From an uncultured Planctomycetota bacterium (GTDB taxonomy: Bacteria; Planctomycetota; Planctomycetia; Gemmatales; Gemmataceae): DNA of 64,000 bases. Both the position numbers and the translations under genes were made by a program. The stretch spans positions 320,001-384,000 of the forward strand of contig CAWKHF010000001.1 in assembly GCA_963849325.1 (NCBI GenBank), written 5' to 3'. Shown one piece after another: positions 27,613 through 37,284 of this stretch; position 1 is the stretch's first letter, and each line of letters starts with the position of its first letter. The notes under the pieces are model-generated. The model did not search any database, had not been told where the DNA came from, and saw only the letters and a list, made by a program, of their open reading frames with translations.

Positions 27613-28638
27613 ATGAAAGCGATTCAGCTCCAGCAACCAGGTCATTTCGAGCCGATTAGCATCGCCGAGCCGAACAAGCCCGGACCCGGCGAAGCGCTGG
27701 TGCGCGTGCATCGCGTCGGCATCTGCGGCACCGACATCAGCGGCTACCTCGGCAAGATGCCCTTCTACAGCTATCCGCGCATCCCCGGCCACGAACTGGG
27801 CGTCGAGGTGGTCGAAGTCGGCGACGGCGTCACCGCGGTCCAGGCGGGCCAGCGCTGCTCGATCGAGCCGTACATGAATTGCCAGAAGTGTTTCGCCTGC
27901 CGCCGCGGCGGCGGCAACTGCTGCGAGGAACTGCAAGTCCTTGGCGTCCACACCGACGGCGGACTGCGGCCGTACTTTCTCGTGCCGGCCCGCAAACTGC
28001 ATCCGTCAAGCAAACTGACGCTCGATCAGCTCGCCCTCGTCGAGACGCTCGGCATCGGCTGCCACGCGGTTGATCGCGGCAAGCCGCAGTCAGGCGAATA
28101 CGCCCTCATCGTCGGCGCCGGGCCGATCGGCCTGTCGGTCCTTGAGTTCGTCAAGTTGACCGGGGCGAAGATCCTCGTGCTCGACCTCAACGAAAAACGC
28201 CTCGATTTCTGCAAGAAACAGATGGGCGTCCAACACACCATCCGTTTCCGGGGCGACGGTTCGGAATTGAAGGAACTGCAGGAAATCACGGAGGGCGCCC
28301 TGGCCTCGGTGGTGTTCGACGCGACCGGCAGTACCAAATCGATGTGCAACGCCTTTAACTATGTCGCCCACACCGGCCGGCTCGTGTTCGTCGGCATCGT
28401 CACCGACGACATTCACTTTCCCGACCCGTTGTTGCATCGCCGCGAGATGACCGTGTTCGCCTCGCGCAACGCCCTGCCGGCGGACTTCCGCCGCATCATC
28501 GGCCTGATCGAAGAAGGACGGATCGACACCCGGCCATGGATCACGCACCGCACGTCGTTCGCCGACCTGATCGGCAACTTCCCGTCGTACACCAAGGCCG
28601 AGACCGGCGTCCTCAAGGCGATGGTCGAGGTCGATTGA
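27613..28638 (+). CDS. Zn-dependent alcohol/sugar-acid dehydrogenase (MDR family)
   Basis: GICGTD, PRIPGHE, structural CxxCxxC...C, GAGPIG. Confidence 0.9.
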   Translation: MKAIQLQQPGHFEPISIAEPNKPGPGEALVRVHRVGICGTDISGYLGKMPFYSYPRIPGHELGVEVVEVGDGVTAVQAGQRCSIEPYMNCQKCFACRRGGGNCCEELQVLGVHTDGGLRPYFLVPARKLHPSSKLTLDQLALVETLGIGCHAVDRGKPQSGEYALIVGAGPIGLSVLEFVKLTGAKILVLDLNEKRLDFCKKQMGVQHTIRFRGDGSELKELQEITEGALASVVFDATGSTKSMCNAFNYVAHTGRLVFVGIVTDDIHFPDPLLHRREMTVFASRNALPADFRRIIGLIEEGRIDTRPWITHRTSFADLIGNFPSYTKAETGVLKAMVEVD

Positions 28639-28656
28639 CCTTCGGGGGGAGCAATC

Positions 28657-29475
28657 ATGATCCGTTCGTGTGTCACGATCAGTCTGGTGCCGGAAGCGCG
28701 GGGCGGGCCATTCGTCTTCTGGGATGGCCTGGCCGCCGGCTGCCGGCAAGCGAAGGAACTGGGCTTCGACGCCATCGAGGTGTTCGCGCCGTCGCCGGCC
28801 GGCGTCGATGCCAACGGGCTGCGGCGACTGCTCGACGAGACCGGCCTGAAGGTGGCCGCCTTCGGTACGGGAGCGGGCTGGTTGTTGCAGCGCCTGACGC
28901 TGACCGCTCCGGAGGCCGGCAAGCGGGCCGCCGCCCGCGAGTTCATCCGCGCCGTCATCGACCTGGCCGGCCAGTTCCATGCTCCGGCCATCATCGGCTC
29001 GATGCAGGGCCGGCACGGCGAGGGCGTGGACCGGACAGCGGCCCTGGGCCATCTCGCCGAGGGGATCAATGACCTCGGCGAGCACGCCGGCAAGTACGGG
29101 GTGCCGCTCCTGTTCGAGCCGCTCAATCGCTACGAAACGAACCTCGTCAACACCATCGAGGACGGAGTTCATCTGCTCAATACGCTGTCCACGAGGAACG
29201 TCAGTCTGCTGGCCGACCTGTTTCACATGAACATTGAGGAGACGGACCCGGCGGCGGCACTGCGGCAGGGCGCGGGACACATCGGCCACGTGCATTTCGT
29301 CGATTCCAACCGCCGCCCGGCAGGGTGCGGGCACACCGACTTCGCGCCCATCGTCCGAGCGCTGCGGGACACCGGCTATCAGGGGTACGTCTCGGCCGAG
29401 GCGCTGCCGTACCCCGACCCGGTCGAGGCGGCACGACGGACGATCGCGGCGTATCGTCAGTATTTCGCGGCGTGA
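28657..29475 (+). CDS. Sugar phosphate isomerase/epimerase (xylose isomerase-like TIM barrel)
   Basis: EPLNRYE, DLFHMNIEE, HVHFVDSNRRPAG.GH. Confidence 0.88.
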   Translation: MIRSCVTISLVPEARGGPFVFWDGLAAGCRQAKELGFDAIEVFAPSPAGVDANGLRRLLDETGLKVAAFGTGAGWLLQRLTLTAPEAGKRAAAREFIRAVIDLAGQFHAPAIIGSMQGRHGEGVDRTAALGHLAEGINDLGEHAGKYGVPLLFEPLNRYETNLVNTIEDGVHLLNTLSTRNVSLLADLFHMNIEETDPAAALRQGAGHIGHVHFVDSNRRPAGCGHTDFAPIVRALRDTGYQGYVSAEALPYPDPVEAARRTIAAYRQYFAA

Positions 29476-29489
29476 GGGGGACGACGATC

Positions 29490-29936
29490 GTGCTGAAGCA
29501 TCCGCTCATTCATCCGCACATCAACGCCGTCCTCGGCCAGGCCGGACATCATGCCAAGGTCCTCATCGCCGATGGGAATTATCCGGCATCCTCGAAGAAG
29601 GGGCCGCACGCCGAGATCGTCAGCCTCAACCTGTCGCCCGGCATCGTCACCTGCACGCAAGTGCTGGAGGCGCTGCTGACCGCCATCCCCATTGAGGCGG
29701 CCAATACTATGATGTATGAGACGACCGGGCCGTATGCCCTGACGGAAGATCCGCCGGTGTGGACGGAGTTTCGCCGGGCGCTCGCCGCGGCGAAGCTCAA
29801 CCTGAAGCTCCAGCCCATCGAGAAATGGGAATTTTACCAGGCGGTCGAGACGCCGGACCACGTCTTGACGATTCAAACCGCCGATCAGCAGCGCTTCGCC
29901 AACCTGCTGTTGACCATTGGCGTCCGCATGGATTAA
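29490..29936 (+). CDS. RbsD/FucU family mutarotase
   Basis: LKH..IHP....LG.AGH...VLIADGNYP; FY; FANLLLTIGV. Confidence 0.85.
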   Translation: MLKHPLIHPHINAVLGQAGHHAKVLIADGNYPASSKKGPHAEIVSLNLSPGIVTCTQVLEALLTAIPIEAANTMMYETTGPYALTEDPPVWTEFRRALAAAKLNLKLQPIEKWEFYQAVETPDHVLTIQTADQQRFANLLLTIGVRMD

Positions 29937-29947
29937 GGCGAGAGAAG

Positions 29948-30426
29948 AAGAGCCTCACGCAAAGGCGCAAAGAACGCAAAGAAGACAAAGGAGAGGAGAA
30001 TGGGAGAAAATGAGATTGCGCGCATCGTCGTGGATGCGGCTTACAGGATTCATACGACGATCGGGCCGGGGTTGCTGGAGTCGGCGTATGAGGCTATCCT
30101 CGCATACGAACTCGGCAAACGTGGTCTGCACATCCTGCGACAGGTTCGCGTGCCCATCGTCTATGAGGAAGTCAACCTTGACGAAGGCTTCCGGGCTGAT
30201 CTGATTGTTGAGAACCTGGTCATTATTGAACTAAAGGCAGTAGAACAAGTCATTCCCGTCCACAAAAAGCAGCTTCTCACCTACCTGCGGTTGACCGGCA
30301 AGAAACTCGGTCTCCTCATCAACTTCAACGAGGATAAGATCAAGGACGGCATCAGCCGAGTCGTCAACGGCCTCTAACTCTTTCCTGTCTTTCTTTGCGT
30401 CCTTTGCGCCTTTGCGTGAGGCTCTT
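29948..30426. mobile_element. Inverted-repeat-bounded GxxExxY cassette
   Basis: ~39-bp arms AAGAGCCTCACGCAAAGGCGCAAAG(A/G)ACGCAAAGAA(A)GAC in inverted orientation around a single nuclease gene. Confidence 0.6.
30000..30377 (+). CDS. GxxExxY protein (PD-(D/E)XK-like nuclease)
   Basis: GPGLLESAY, RADLIVE...IELKAV, QLLTYL, GLLINF. Confidence 0.93.
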   Translation: MGENEIARIVVDAAYRIHTTIGPGLLESAYEAILAYELGKRGLHILRQVRVPIVYEEVNLDEGFRADLIVENLVIIELKAVEQVIPVHKKQLLTYLRLTGKKLGLLINFNEDKIKDGISRVVNGL

Positions 30427-30453
30427 TTTGACAATATCCTGTGAGGGGCGAAC

Positions 30454-31401
30454 ATGGAACATCGTGACCTGGGCCGAACCGGATTGAAGCTGCCGGTGCT
30501 GAGCTTCGGCGCCTCGTCGCTGGGCCAGGAATTTCGGCCAGTGGACCTCAACGAGGCCATGCGAGCCGTGCATGTGGCCCTGGACCTGGGCATGAATTTC
30601 ATAGACACGTCGCCCTATTATGGCCGAGGTATGTCGGAAGTGTTGCTCGGCGTCGCCCTGCGCGGCGTGCCGCGCGACCGCTATCTGCTGTGTACCAAGC
30701 TCGGCCGCTATGACGTCCGCCACTTCGACTTCTCGGCTCGCCGCGTCGCCGAGAGCGTGGATGTCAGCCTGCATCGCCTGGGCGTCGAACACCTCGACAT
30801 CATCCTGTGTCATGACATCGAGTTCGTGGACATGGAGCCGATTGTCCACGAGACGCTGCCGGCCCTGCGCAAGATTCAGGAACAGGGCAAGGTGCGCTTC
30901 GTCGGCGTGTCGGGCTATCCAATGAAGATGTTCCGTTACGTCCTCGATCGCGCTCCGCTGGACGTGATGCTGTCGTACAACCATTACACGCTGCAAAATA
31001 CCATGCTGGCGGACTTGCTGCCGTATCTGAAAGCGAAGGGAGTTGGTATCATGAATGCGGCGCCGTTTTCGGCGCGGCTGCTGACCAACGCGCCGTTGCC
31101 GTCGTGGCATAAGGCGACGCCGCAGGTGCGAGCCGTCTGCCGCCGAGCGGCGGTGTACTGCCAAAGCAAGGGCGTGGACATCGCCCAGTTGGCGCTGCAA
31201 TTTTCCCTCCGCCACCCCGACCTGACGACGTGCGTCACGGGGTCGGCCGACCCCGGACGAGTCGCCCAGTGGGTCGAATGGGCCAATCAACCCCTGGACC
31301 AGGTTTTGCTCAACGAAGTGCTGGCGATCCTCGAACCGATCCACAACTGGTTCTACGTCGAGGGCCGGCCGGAGAACAACGACGAGCCGATCGAGCGGTG
31401 A
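30454..31401 (+). CDS. Aldo/keto reductase (L-galactose/L-fucose dehydrogenase-like)
   Basis: GMNFIDTSPYYG.G.SE, TKLGRY, SLHRLG..HLD, HDIEF. Confidence 0.88.
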   Translation: MEHRDLGRTGLKLPVLSFGASSLGQEFRPVDLNEAMRAVHVALDLGMNFIDTSPYYGRGMSEVLLGVALRGVPRDRYLLCTKLGRYDVRHFDFSARRVAESVDVSLHRLGVEHLDIILCHDIEFVDMEPIVHETLPALRKIQEQGKVRFVGVSGYPMKMFRYVLDRAPLDVMLSYNHYTLQNTMLADLLPYLKAKGVGIMNAAPFSARLLTNAPLPSWHKATPQVRAVCRRAAVYCQSKGVDIAQLALQFSLRHPDLTTCVTGSADPGRVAQWVEWANQPLDQVLLNEVLAILEPIHNWFYVEGRPENNDEPIER

Positions 31402-31434
31402 GCGGCTCGCTTCATCCCCGAGGACAGAGGAACC

Positions 31435-32765
31435 GTGATGCGGCAAGCGGAGACGAGTACATTAACGGAACAGGTTGGCCCGGCCGTCGCCCTGCGCGAC
31501 GCGGCGTCTGGGCTAACGCGGGCGGAATGGCTGCTCCTCCTGGCCCTGGCGGCGGTGCAGTTCACGCACATCATCGACTTCGTCATCATGATGCCGCTGG
31601 GACCGCAATTCAAGAAAGACCTCCAGCTCAGCGATCAGTGGTTCGGCTTCCTGGTGTCGGCGTATGCGTTCAGCGCGGCGCTGGCCGGACTCTTGGCGGC
31701 GTGGTTCATTGATCGCTTCGACCGCAAGACGTCCTTACTGTGGCTGTACGGCGGCTTCACGATGGGAACGCTGTGCTGCGCGGCGGCGCCGACGTATCCG
31801 CTGCTATTGGCGGCGCGGGCCGTGACCGGGGCGTTCGGCGGCGTGGTGGCGGCCAGCATCCTGGCCATCATCGGCGATGCCTTCCCCGGCGCACGCCGCG
31901 GTCGAGCGATGGGGGCCATCATGTCGTCCTTCTCGGTGGCCTCGATCGCCGGCGTGCCCGCCGGGTTGTACCTGGCCAACCTGATGGGTTGGCGAGCGCC
32001 GTTCGCCGTGCTGGCCGGCCTGAGCGCGGCCGTACTTGTGCTGGTCCGCTTCGTACTGCCGCCGATGCGCGGCCATCTCGTTCGCGGCCGGCCGAGCGCC
32101 AACGTCTGGGCCGTGTTCGTCCAGCCGACGCACCTGCGCGCTTACCTGCTGATGACGGCCCTGGTGATGAGCACGTTCATGATCGTGCCCTATCTCGCCT
32201 CGTACCTGGTGTCCAACGCCGGGCGGAGCGAGCGCGAGCTGCCTTACGTGTATCTGTGCGGCGGTCTGTGTACGCTGGTGACGATGACCCTGTTCGGCAC
32301 GCTGTCGGATCGCCTCGGCAAGCTGCCGGTCTTCCGCGCCTGGCCCTGTGTACGCTGGTGCCGATCTTGCTGGTGACCAACCTGCCGCCGGTGACGCTGA
32401 CGGCGGCGCTGTTGGTCTCGACGCTGTTCATGGTCGCATCGTCGGGGCGCATGGTGCCGGCGATGGCGCTGATAACGGCCAGCGCCGCCCCTGGCAATCG
32501 CGGTAGTTTCCTGAGCATCAACGCCTCGGTGCAGCAGGCGGCGTCCGGCCTGGCGGCGGCGCTGGGCGGTCTGCTACTGGGCCAGGGCGAGGACGGCACG
32601 ATGACCGGCTTCCCCCTGGTGGGCGCCCTGGCGTGCGTGGCGACGCTGCTGAGCGTGTGGCTGGCCGGCCGTCTGCGCCCCGCCGCCGGCGGCGAGGAAG
32701 CCACGGTCGCGCTGGACGACCCGGCGGAGATCGATTGCGGCATGGTCTGCGCGGCGGCGGAGTAA
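31435..32765 (+). CDS. MFS transporter (apparent frameshift near 32340)
   Basis: DRFDRK motif A; RGRAMG; SDRLGK; about 12 hydrophobic segments. Confidence 0.88.
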
Positions 32766-32771
32766 ACGATG

Positions 32772-32812
32772 GCCGCTTGCGGCTTCGCGTCCGACGCGAA
32801 GCCGCGAGCGGC
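32772..32812. repeat. Palindrome, family D
   Basis: Hairpin between convergent MFS and STAS genes. Confidence 0.7.
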
Positions 32813-32814
32813 GT

Positions 32815-33213
32815 TCAGACATGGCGCGCTTCGAGCAGTCGGGCCACGGCGGCGGCGACGTCGAGAGCCACCTCGAACGGAGCATCGACCTCGCCGCCGG
32901 TACTGATCATCTTCGTCGTGGTGAACACGTCCTCGATGTCGCCGGACAGGCCGCAGATGATGAGGTGGCCGCCGACGTGGAGCAGTTGGCGGCGCAGACT
33001 CAGCAGCGGCCAAAAGGCGACGCTGGACAAATAGCGCGCGTGCTGCAAATCGACGACGACCTCTTTGACCCCCGCCTGCTCCACGGCGTCGTGCATCTCC
33101 TCGCGCAGTGCCTGGGCGATCTCTTCGCCCTGGATGCGCGGCTGCGCGACGGTCAGCACCAGGACGCCCTGTTCGACGGAACAGTGCAGAAGCGGGCCGA
33201 ACGATTGGGGCAT
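32815..33213 (-). CDS. STAS-domain anti-sigma factor antagonist
   Basis: VVVDLQHARYLSS...L..LRR...GG.LIICGL. Confidence 0.8.
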   Translation of the reverse strand: MPQSFGPLLHCSVEQGVLVLTVAQPRIQGEEIAQALREEMHDAVEQAGVKEVVVDLQHARYLSSVAFWPLLSLRRQLLHVGGHLIICGLSGDIEDVFTTTKMISTGGEVDAPFEVALDVAAAVARLLEARHV

Positions 33214-33341
33214 GGCACGCTCGCGGCTAGAGTGGGGAACGAGTCTCGGACCAAGTAAAAGGGTAACGAAGGCGCCGGCTAACGGCAAGGCGGCGTTCTC
33301 CTTTCTCCTCGTTGGCGTCCGAATTTTGTCCGCGAATTTTC

Positions 33342-33370
33342 TTGACGCTGCGTCTTCGCCCCGTTACATT
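33342..33370 (+). promoter_or_regulatory. Putative sigma70 promoter
   Basis: TTGACG-17 nt-TACATT. Confidence 0.5.
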
Positions 33371-33430
33371 CATTCGTGGGTCGGGAGACGGCACGCGCTT
33401 CCGGCCCGAAACGACCTTTTCTCTTCTGAT

Positions 33431-33470
33431 GCCTCGCGGAAGTCTGAGGACCTCCGCGAGGCGTTTTTTT
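33431..33470 (+). terminator. Intrinsic terminator inside the GDPD leader
   Basis: Stem GCCTCGCGGA/TCCGCGAGGC followed by G and T7. Confidence 0.7.
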
Positions 33471-33495
33471 CGCCCACGGGGACGTGCCGACGCCG

Positions 33496-34431
33496 ATGTC
33501 CACGCGCTTCCACTTGCAGGGCCATCGCGGGGCCCGCGGTCTGAAACCGGAAAACACGCTGCCCTCCTTCGAGGCCGCCTTCGACGCCGGCGCCGGCAGT
33601 GTCGAGACCGACGTCCACCTGACGCGCGACGGCGTGGCCGTCCTCTTCCACGACGCCATGCTGGACAAGCTGCCCTGCCGTCTCCAGCCGGGAACGGAGA
33701 TGGCCGCCGAGCTGCTCCTCGTCAGCCGTCTGTCGCTGGCCGAGCTGCGCGGCTATCGCGCCGACGGCAACCCCGACCCGCGCCGCTTTCCCCGCCAGAC
33801 CGCCGAGGTCACGCCCCTGGCCGAACTGTTCGCCGGGCAACACGGACTCGATCCCTACGGCATTCCGACACTCGAGGAGCTGCTGCACTTCGCGGCGGCC
33901 TACGCTGGCGAACTCGGCGAACGCGCCGGCAAGTCGGAGCCGCAACGGCGGCGCGTCCGCGACGTGGGCTTTGACCTGGAACTCAAGCGCGTGCCCTTCC
34001 ACCCCGAGACCATCAACGATCGCTTCGACGCCACGGCGCCGGGCCTGCTGGAAGAGCGCGTCGTCGAGTCCATTCGTCGGGCGGGCGTGGTGGCGCGGAC
34101 GACGGTACGCAGCTTCGACCATCGCTGCGTCCGCTTGCTGCGGCGGATGGAGCCGGGCCTGACGGGTGCGGTGCTCGTCGCGGAAACGGCGCCGGTGGAA
34201 CCGGCCGAGTTGGTCGAGAGGGCCGAGGCCCAGGTGTACTGTCCGGGCTACCTGTTTCTGGATGCGCGGCAGGTGCGGCAGGTGCAGGCGGCCGGGGCGC
34301 GCGTGCTGCCGTGGACGGTGAACCAGCCGGAGCACTGGCAGCGCCTGCTCGACTGGGGCGTGGATGGCCTCACCACCGACGTACCCGATCAGTTGGCGAC
34401 CTTCCTGCGCGAGCGGGGCGTGGCGTTTTGA
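33496..34431 (+). CDS. Glycerophosphodiester phosphodiesterase
   Basis: QGHRGARGLKPENTL, ETDVHLTRDG..V.FHD, PWTVN, GVDGLTTD. Confidence 0.92.
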   Translation: MSTRFHLQGHRGARGLKPENTLPSFEAAFDAGAGSVETDVHLTRDGVAVLFHDAMLDKLPCRLQPGTEMAAELLLVSRLSLAELRGYRADGNPDPRRFPRQTAEVTPLAELFAGQHGLDPYGIPTLEELLHFAAAYAGELGERAGKSEPQRRRVRDVGFDLELKRVPFHPETINDRFDATAPGLLEERVVESIRRAGVVARTTVRSFDHRCVRLLRRMEPGLTGAVLVAETAPVEPAELVERAEAQVYCPGYLFLDARQVRQVQAAGARVLPWTVNQPEHWQRLLDWGVDGLTTDVPDQLATFLRERGVAF

Positions 34432-34512
34432 ACGAGATTTCACGGCGGCGCAACGAAACGGGGCGAATCCGTGGATTCGCCCCGCACGCTTCATTGCGAA
34501 TACCGTCAAAAC

Positions 34513-35191
34513 TTACGCGCTGAGCGACGCCGACCGCCGGCTCGTTCAGGGGCACGGACGTCGTCTCGCCGGCCTTGACGGCGACGACCTTCTCGACGCG
34601 GACGGGCTTGCCGTCGCGGACGAGTTCGGCCTTCAGGGTGTAGTGATACTCCTGGCCGGGGTTGAGGTCGGGGGAGACGAAGACGCGGCTGGCGCCGGTC
34701 GAGGTGGTCAGCTCATTGTCGATGAGCAGCTTGGCGTCGGCGGCCAACTCGACGACGATCGTCGCCGGGGCCGGGCCAAAGACGCCGGTCTTCTTCGGCG
34801 TCGGCGAGGTCTTCAGCTTCTCGCCGGCGCCCGGTTGCGGTTGCGTGCCCGGCATCATCATGCCGCCGCCGTAGCAGCCGCCGTAGCCGTGGCCCATGCC
34901 CATGCAGCCGCCGTAGCCGTAGCCCATGCAGCCGCCGTAGGCGTAGCCACCACCGTAGCAGCCACAGCTGTAGCCATAACCGTAGCAGCCGCCGTAGGCG
35001 TAGCCGCCGTAGCAGCCGCAGCAGCCGCCGCCGCCGCCTTTACGACCGCCCTTGCTCCGACCGCCGCCGCCCCCGCCGTAGCAGGCGCCCATGCAGCCGC
35101 CCTGGCAGCCGCCGCAACCGCCGCCGCGACGACCCGCTTCGGGGATGTCCACGCTGGTCGTCATCGCCATCATCAGGACCATACTGTACAT
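34513..35191 (-). CDS. TIGR03000-type protein with Gly/Cys/Tyr-rich repeats (stop inferred near 34513, assuming a 1-nt error)
   Basis: GGAGG RBS; MYSMVLMMAMTT; repeated GCYG; C-terminal ATIVVELAADAKLLID...FVSPDL.PG..YHYTLKAE domain. Confidence 0.8.
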
Positions 35192-35447
35192 CGAACTCAC
35201 CTCCCTAAATGGGGAACCATACAGCCCGCCTGCGCGGAGAGCCCCCTCCACGCCTCGAACTGTCCGTCTGAGGCACTCCAGAACAACGATGGTCGTGGGT
35301 AAAATGGAGAACAAGAACGGCGGCACCGCTCCCCTTTGGGTCCAACGGCAGCCATCAGTGCATCCAAGCGCGTAACCCCCTCCCTTCCCCGAGGCCCGAC
35401 AGGGTGAACCGTCGCGATGCCCCGGACGACTGTAACGATCGTGATGA

Positions 35448-35476
35448 ATAGTAAAGCTGGAGCAATAAAGTGTCAA
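35448..35476 (-). promoter_or_regulatory. Near-consensus sigma70 promoter for the Cys/Gly-rich gene
   Basis: TTGACA-17 nt-TACTAT on the minus strand. Confidence 0.6.
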
Positions 35477-35557
35477 TGGCAATTTGGGAGGTTTGAGAAG
35501 ATTTGATAACATGGAAGGAATGATTCTTGCTCCAGCGAAACCGAAGCAAGTCTCATT

Positions 35558-35630
35558 CCGAGCCTGAAGCGTAAGCGAAGAGGACGACAACCTTCGGTTG
35601 TCGTCCTCTTCGCTTACGCTTCAGGCTCGG
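35558..35630. repeat. REP-like palindrome, family A
   Basis: Perfect hairpin with extended inner stem. Confidence 0.9.
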
Positions 35631-35888
35631 TCTCGGTCAAAAATCGGACGCGGCGCGAACCAGACCACAGAGCAGTCAAGATGGGGAGATCCGCACCGGG
35701 CGCAAGGATCGCTGAAACAGGCGTTCCCCCTAAGTTGAGGCTCGTTTCTACCCCTCCGCGTGGGATTTTTTGGTCATCCTCCGTAGCTTGCCGGACCTGA
35801 TCGGGTATCCTGAAAGAGAGAACGCAAATCCACGTCGGACACCCCGCGAGACGGGGCCGCGACCGCATCAGGAGAGAGGAGCTTGGCG

Positions 35889-37202
35889 ATGGCACGCGAT
35901 CCGCAATCCCTTGTCGCGTCGGTGAGGTCCGCCCTGCGGACATTCCGCCGGCCGTGGCCGACGCTGCTGGCTGGCCTGGCCTGCACCGTGGCGGGCCTGC
36001 TGTTATCGCAGACGCCCTATGTGCCCCTTCGGCTGTTGTTGTTGGGGGCCGGATTGCTCATCGCCGCCGCCGCCGTCGCGCGGCGTCTGCAAACGGCCGA
36101 GTGGGAGCTGGAGGACCGGGCCGAGTCGGCCGGCCTGCTGGCGATGTCCGCTTTCGTGGCCCTGCTCGCCTTTCTGGGCACCGACGAACGCTGGGACTCC
36201 GGCCGCATCTTCCTGGGCGTGCTCATCGCCGTGGCCCTGCTCGGCTCGTTCCTGGTACTGCTGCCGCGCACCGGCCGACGCATCGCCGCCAGCATCCTGG
36301 TCCTGCTGCACTTCGGCGGCATCGTCACGTCGATCACCGCCGTGCCGCCGCGCAATGACCCGGCCCCGTGGCTGTCGATGCAGATCTGGACCCACTTTTA
36401 TCGGCACTACCTGACCTTCGCCTACTTGACCAACGCCTACCACTTTTATTCGCCCGATCCCGGCCCGCCGACGCTGCTGTGGTTCTACGTCAAGTATGAA
36501 GATGGCCAATATCGCTGGATCAAGATGCCCAACCGCGCCGAAAGCCCGGTCGCCCTGCACCACTTTCGTATGTTGGCCGCGGCCGAGAACACCCTCAGCC
36601 CCGCCGGCGTGCCGTTGATTGAGGGCCAAATCCCCGAGTACGAGGCGAAGTTCAACCACAAGTACGAGCTGCTGCCCGGCATCCCGCACGATCCCTGGGA
36701 AACAATCTTGATGCGCCGCAAGCTGGGCGTGACGCTGCCGTATTCGCAGCCGATTCAGCTGGTGCGCGACGATCCCGAGATCAACCAGTACGCCGAGCCG
36801 CAGGAGACTGCTCGCCGTCTGCTGGCCTCCTACGCCCGGCACATCGCCCGCACCTCGCCGCACCCGGAGCACCCCGAGGTCCCGGTCCAGTACGTGCGCG
36901 TCTACCGCGTCATTCACATCCTGATCTCACCGCGCGAGTTCAACGAGGGCAAAAATCCGACCGACGAGACCACCTACGCTCCGTTTTACATGGGCAAGTA
37001 CGACCGCGACGGTCAGCTGCTCGATCCCAAGGACCCGTTCCTGTTCTGGTATCTGCCGATCCTCAAGGTGTCGGAACGCTATCCCCAGGACGACACCGGG
37101 TTGTTCATGCACGTTACACCGCCGGGTCCGTTGAAGCTGATCGACTTCGTGAAGATCCACGCCAACGAAAGCGACGCGGTCCAGGAAGAAAAAGGTTCCT
37201 GA
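35889..37202 (+). CDS. Membrane protein with C-terminal extracytoplasmic domain (SdpA/DUF5819-like)
   Basis: About 5 TM segments, then YHFYSPDP motif; sits upstream of an HTTM gene. Confidence 0.55.
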   Translation: MARDPQSLVASVRSALRTFRRPWPTLLAGLACTVAGLLLSQTPYVPLRLLLLGAGLLIAAAAVARRLQTAEWELEDRAESAGLLAMSAFVALLAFLGTDERWDSGRIFLGVLIAVALLGSFLVLLPRTGRRIAASILVLLHFGGIVTSITAVPPRNDPAPWLSMQIWTHFYRHYLTFAYLTNAYHFYSPDPGPPTLLWFYVKYEDGQYRWIKMPNRAESPVALHHFRMLAAAENTLSPAGVPLIEGQIPEYEAKFNHKYELLPGIPHDPWETILMRRKLGVTLPYSQPIQLVRDDPEINQYAEPQETARRLLASYARHIARTSPHPEHPEVPVQYVRVYRVIHILISPREFNEGKNPTDETTYAPFYMGKYDRDGQLLDPKDPFLFWYLPILKVSERYPQDDTGLFMHVTPPGPLKLIDFVKIHANESDAVQEEKGS

Positions 37203-37211
37203 GAACTTCTG

Positions 37212-37266
37212 TCCGAGCCTGAAGCGTTAGCGAAGAGCATCTATTCGCTTACGCTTCAGGCTCCGA
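37212..37266. repeat. REP-like palindrome, family A (degenerate)
   Basis: Same arm with mismatches. Confidence 0.8.
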
Positions 37267-37284
37267 AAGACGGGGAATGTCGTC

